From the NCBI GenBank assembly GCA_965217115.1, contig OZ244239.1, positions 1,184,001 through 1,248,000 of the forward strand: a stretch of DNA of 64,000 nucleotides. Reading direction: 5' to 3'. The stretch comes from Bdellovibrionales bacterium. GTDB lineage: Bacteria; Bdellovibrionota; Bdellovibrionia; Bdellovibrionales; CAYMLA01. Positions 62,007-64,000 of this stretch are shown piece by piece. The notes beneath the pieces were generated by a model. That model worked only from the letters and a program-made list of their open reading frames with translations, searched no databases and was not told the origin of the DNA. The translations under genes and the position numbers were made by a program. Numbering within the stretch: position 1 is the first letter of the stretch; each line of letters starts with the position of its first letter.

Positions 62007-62240
62007 CTCTTAATTCTACCATTTTTCTTTTAAATGGACAAAGTTTTTACCCTTTTGAGACTATTTCCATTTTAAAAATAGACCTTTTTTAAATAAAAAA
62101 TTGAATCTGGCCCATAACGATGCCCCGTGCCGAATTTTTATCGACTAAATATGTCGCTCTTTTTCAAAAAACACAAGGGTTCAGCTCTTTAACCCTGACC
62201 TAAGCTTGGCCACAACAGGCATGGGCACAAGAAAAAACAA

Positions 62241-62765
62241 CTAATACTCAGTCAGTTCTTTTTTTTCATTGATGCTAAACTCTGTCAGGAGGCCTTGGCC
62301 AGCACCCCAAACATCGGAGTGATCGGTCGTCCGAGTCGCGCAAGCAGTAAAATTTCCTCTGCCAGCCATACAAAGATTTTCGTGATACATGTTCACAAGG
62401 AGGTATGAATCGGTAAAACCCACCGTCTGGCTGTAGAGGTGGTTCGACCCGGGTTCTTCCGATTCAAAAATATAATCGTAGGCACCAAAACCAATTAGAC
62501 CAAAATGCTTTAACTGAACAGGCTCCAATCCTATCGCTGAAAGATCCCCAGAGTAAATATTATATTGAGCATAGTAGGTCTTCTCTGCTCCATATATTCC
62601 GGATAAAATAGCTTTTACCTCTACACTCTCGGCTCTCTTTATATAACCCTTGTAGCCTGGGACAGCAACGCTTGCTAACACGCCAATAATGGCCACTACA
62701 ACCATCAACTCGACTAAAGAGAACCCCAGCTCACTGGGAAGGTTTTTAATTCTTCCAAAATCCAT
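62241..62765 (-). CDS. Type IV pilin (copy 3)
   Basis: ELG|FSLVELMVVVAIIGVLASVAVP; C-terminal C-x9-C. Confidence 0.93.
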   Translation of the reverse strand: MDFGRIKNLPSELGFSLVELMVVVAIIGVLASVAVPGYKGYIKRAESVEVKAILSGIYGAEKTYYAQYNIYSGDLSAIGLEPVQLKHFGLIGFGAYDYIFESEEPGSNHLYSQTVGFTDSYLLVNMYHENLCMAGRGNFTACATRTTDHSDVWGAGQGLLTEFSINEKKELTEY

Positions 62766-62965
62766 TTCTTAATCCTACCACTTCAAATTCTTCAATGGGG
62801 TAAAAAGAAAAAAACTTTGCGTGGGGCCAACCACTCTGATTATTCCGTCCTAAAATGGGATAACTCGCCGTTTAAGTTTCTTTTACAAAACTAATCTATT
62901 GCCAAAACCATTGTTTTTAGGCACGGTTTTAAGCTCGTACTGAGAAAAAAATATTTACGCTTGGG

Positions 62966-63751
62966 GTGCTTCAGTTGAGAATTTATGTCTGTATTAAGCA
63001 AGTTCCTGACACAGAGACAAAAATAACAATTAATAACACAGACAGTGGTATTAGCGACAGTGGTGTAAAGTGGGTTATGAACCCCTACGACGAACTTGCT
63101 GTGGAAGAGGCAATTCATCTTAAAAGCCGTCACGAGGGGGCCGTTGTTACGATCATTAGCTTAGGCCCTAAGAAAAGGCTTGTTGATGTTTGCCGCACAG
63201 CTTTAGCCATGGGAGCTGATGATGCTATTGTTGTCGACGCTCCAAACAACCTAGACAGCCACGCAACGGCCAAGGCGTTGGCGGCAGCTATAAGTGCTGA
63301 GGGCCCTTGCGATTTTATTTTCACTGGAAAACTTGCCATAGACAACAACAACTCTTGTGTCAGCCAAATGGTTGCAGAGTTTCTGGGGCTTCCCCATGCA
63401 ACGGTTGTTAGCAAGTTTGAAGAACTTGACGGAAAATCCGTTGTCGAAAGAGAGGTTGAAGGCGGCGCTAAGGAAATTCTTGAACTTCATGGCCCCTCCG
63501 TTGTCGGCGCAAACAAGGGCCTCAACTCTCCTCGTTACCCTAGTTTACCTGGAATTATGAAAGCAAAAAAGAAGCCTCTTAAGGAGATCGAGCTCTCAGC
63601 CCTTGGCGTTGACGAATCCCAACAAAAAACAAGACTCAGCGGCTACCAGCTCCCCCCTGAAAAACCTCCTGTTAAAATAATTTCTGGAGACGCAGACACC
63701 CAGGCACAACAGCTTGCCTCCCTTCTTCGCAATGAAGCTAAGGTTATTTAA
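62966..63751 (+). CDS. etfB: Electron transfer flavoprotein beta subunit
   Basis: IYVCIKQVPD, MNPYDE.AVEEA, ALAMGAD and PRYPSL.GIMKAKKK motifs; true start may be TTG 62975. Confidence 0.96.
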   Translation: MLQLRIYVCIKQVPDTETKITINNTDSGISDSGVKWVMNPYDELAVEEAIHLKSRHEGAVVTIISLGPKKRLVDVCRTALAMGADDAIVVDAPNNLDSHATAKALAAAISAEGPCDFIFTGKLAIDNNNSCVSQMVAEFLGLPHATVVSKFEELDGKSVVEREVEGGAKEILELHGPSVVGANKGLNSPRYPSLPGIMKAKKKPLKEIELSALGVDESQQKTRLSGYQLPPEKPPVKIISGDADTQAQQLASLLRNEAKVI

Positions 63752-63760
63752 GGATTTTAT

Positions 63761-64000
63761 ATGGGAAAAATTTTAATCTTTGCAGAACACGATCAAGGGA
63801 ACCTTAAAAGAGGGACCTTAGAGTTGCTCACCTCTGCCAGAAGCTCAAAGCACGAAATACACGCTGCTGTTCTTGGCTCTCAAGCAGACGATCTCATCGG
63901 TGAGCTTGAAAAAAATGGAACCACCCACGTCCATCTTTGCCCCTCGACTCATTTAGATAAATACAATCCCGAATCGTTCACCCAAGCCCTTGAACAAATT
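63761..64000 (+). CDS. etfA: Electron transfer flavoprotein alpha subunit (truncated by window end)
   Basis: MGKILIFAEHDQGNLKRGTLELL immediately after etfB; open to the window edge. Confidence 0.85.
   Translation, partial: MGKILIFAEHDQGNLKRGTLELLTSARSSKHEIHAAVLGSQADDLIGELEKNGTTHVHLCPSTHLDKYNPESFTQALEQI

Larger units (their letters stand above)
60609..62785. repeat. Tandem triplication (about 741 bp period) of pilin gene plus sdhC upstream region and 5' stub
   Basis: sdhC-type ATG context recurs at 60633, 61374 and 62115 (741 bp apart); about 150 bp of flank is near-identical in all three copies. Confidence 0.95.

Noticed and set aside
60762..62765. Diversity-generating retroelement acting on the pilins
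   Set aside because: Differences involve all four bases, third codon positions and indels rather than adenine-specific changes; no reverse transcriptase or template repeat is in the window.
60609..62785. CRISPR array or integron cassette array
   Set aside because: The repeats are about 741 bp gene-sized duplications; there are no short regularly spaced repeats, attC-like sites, cas genes or integron integrase.

Overview
Bacterial chromosomal window, most likely from a Bdellovibrionota (Bdellovibrio-like) genome; the main pointer is a near-identical copy of the Bdellovibrio histone Bd0055. It has two parts. (1) About 1-22,700 is a visibly AT-richer accessory island abutting the 3' end of tRNA-Ser(TGA). 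It encodes three minor type IV pilin-like proteins, two paralogous GT2 enzymes, a further glycosyltransferase-like protein, a GT-C-like membrane transferase, an HTTM-domain gene pair, a Tat-exported beta-propeller, a second membrane-fused spermidine-synthase-like protein and IS1595-like debris. It also carries a tightly coupled six-gene operon: degenerate sulfotransferase-fold protein, PP-loop ATPase, nicotianamine-synthase-like transferase, SDR epimerase, DegT aminotransferase and a membrane-fused spermidine-synthase-like protein. This is a candidate uncharacterised surface or pilus glyco-modification system. (2) About 22,700-64,000 is core genome: serS, murA-prmC-prfA-rpmE-rho, ppx-like, ligA, histone, tal-dapB-dapA-dapF, ftsK, queE-fis-dnaB, rplI-rpsF, sdhCAB and etfBA. 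Within it, a tandem array of three type IV pilins with a ~741 bp period sits between etfB and sdhC. The pilins have hypervariable C-terminal halves. Each repeat unit also carries a copy of the sdhC upstream region and first codons, and the two extra copies have an altered, FliA-like -10 motif. All calls come from reading motifs by eye; no database searches or computations were run.
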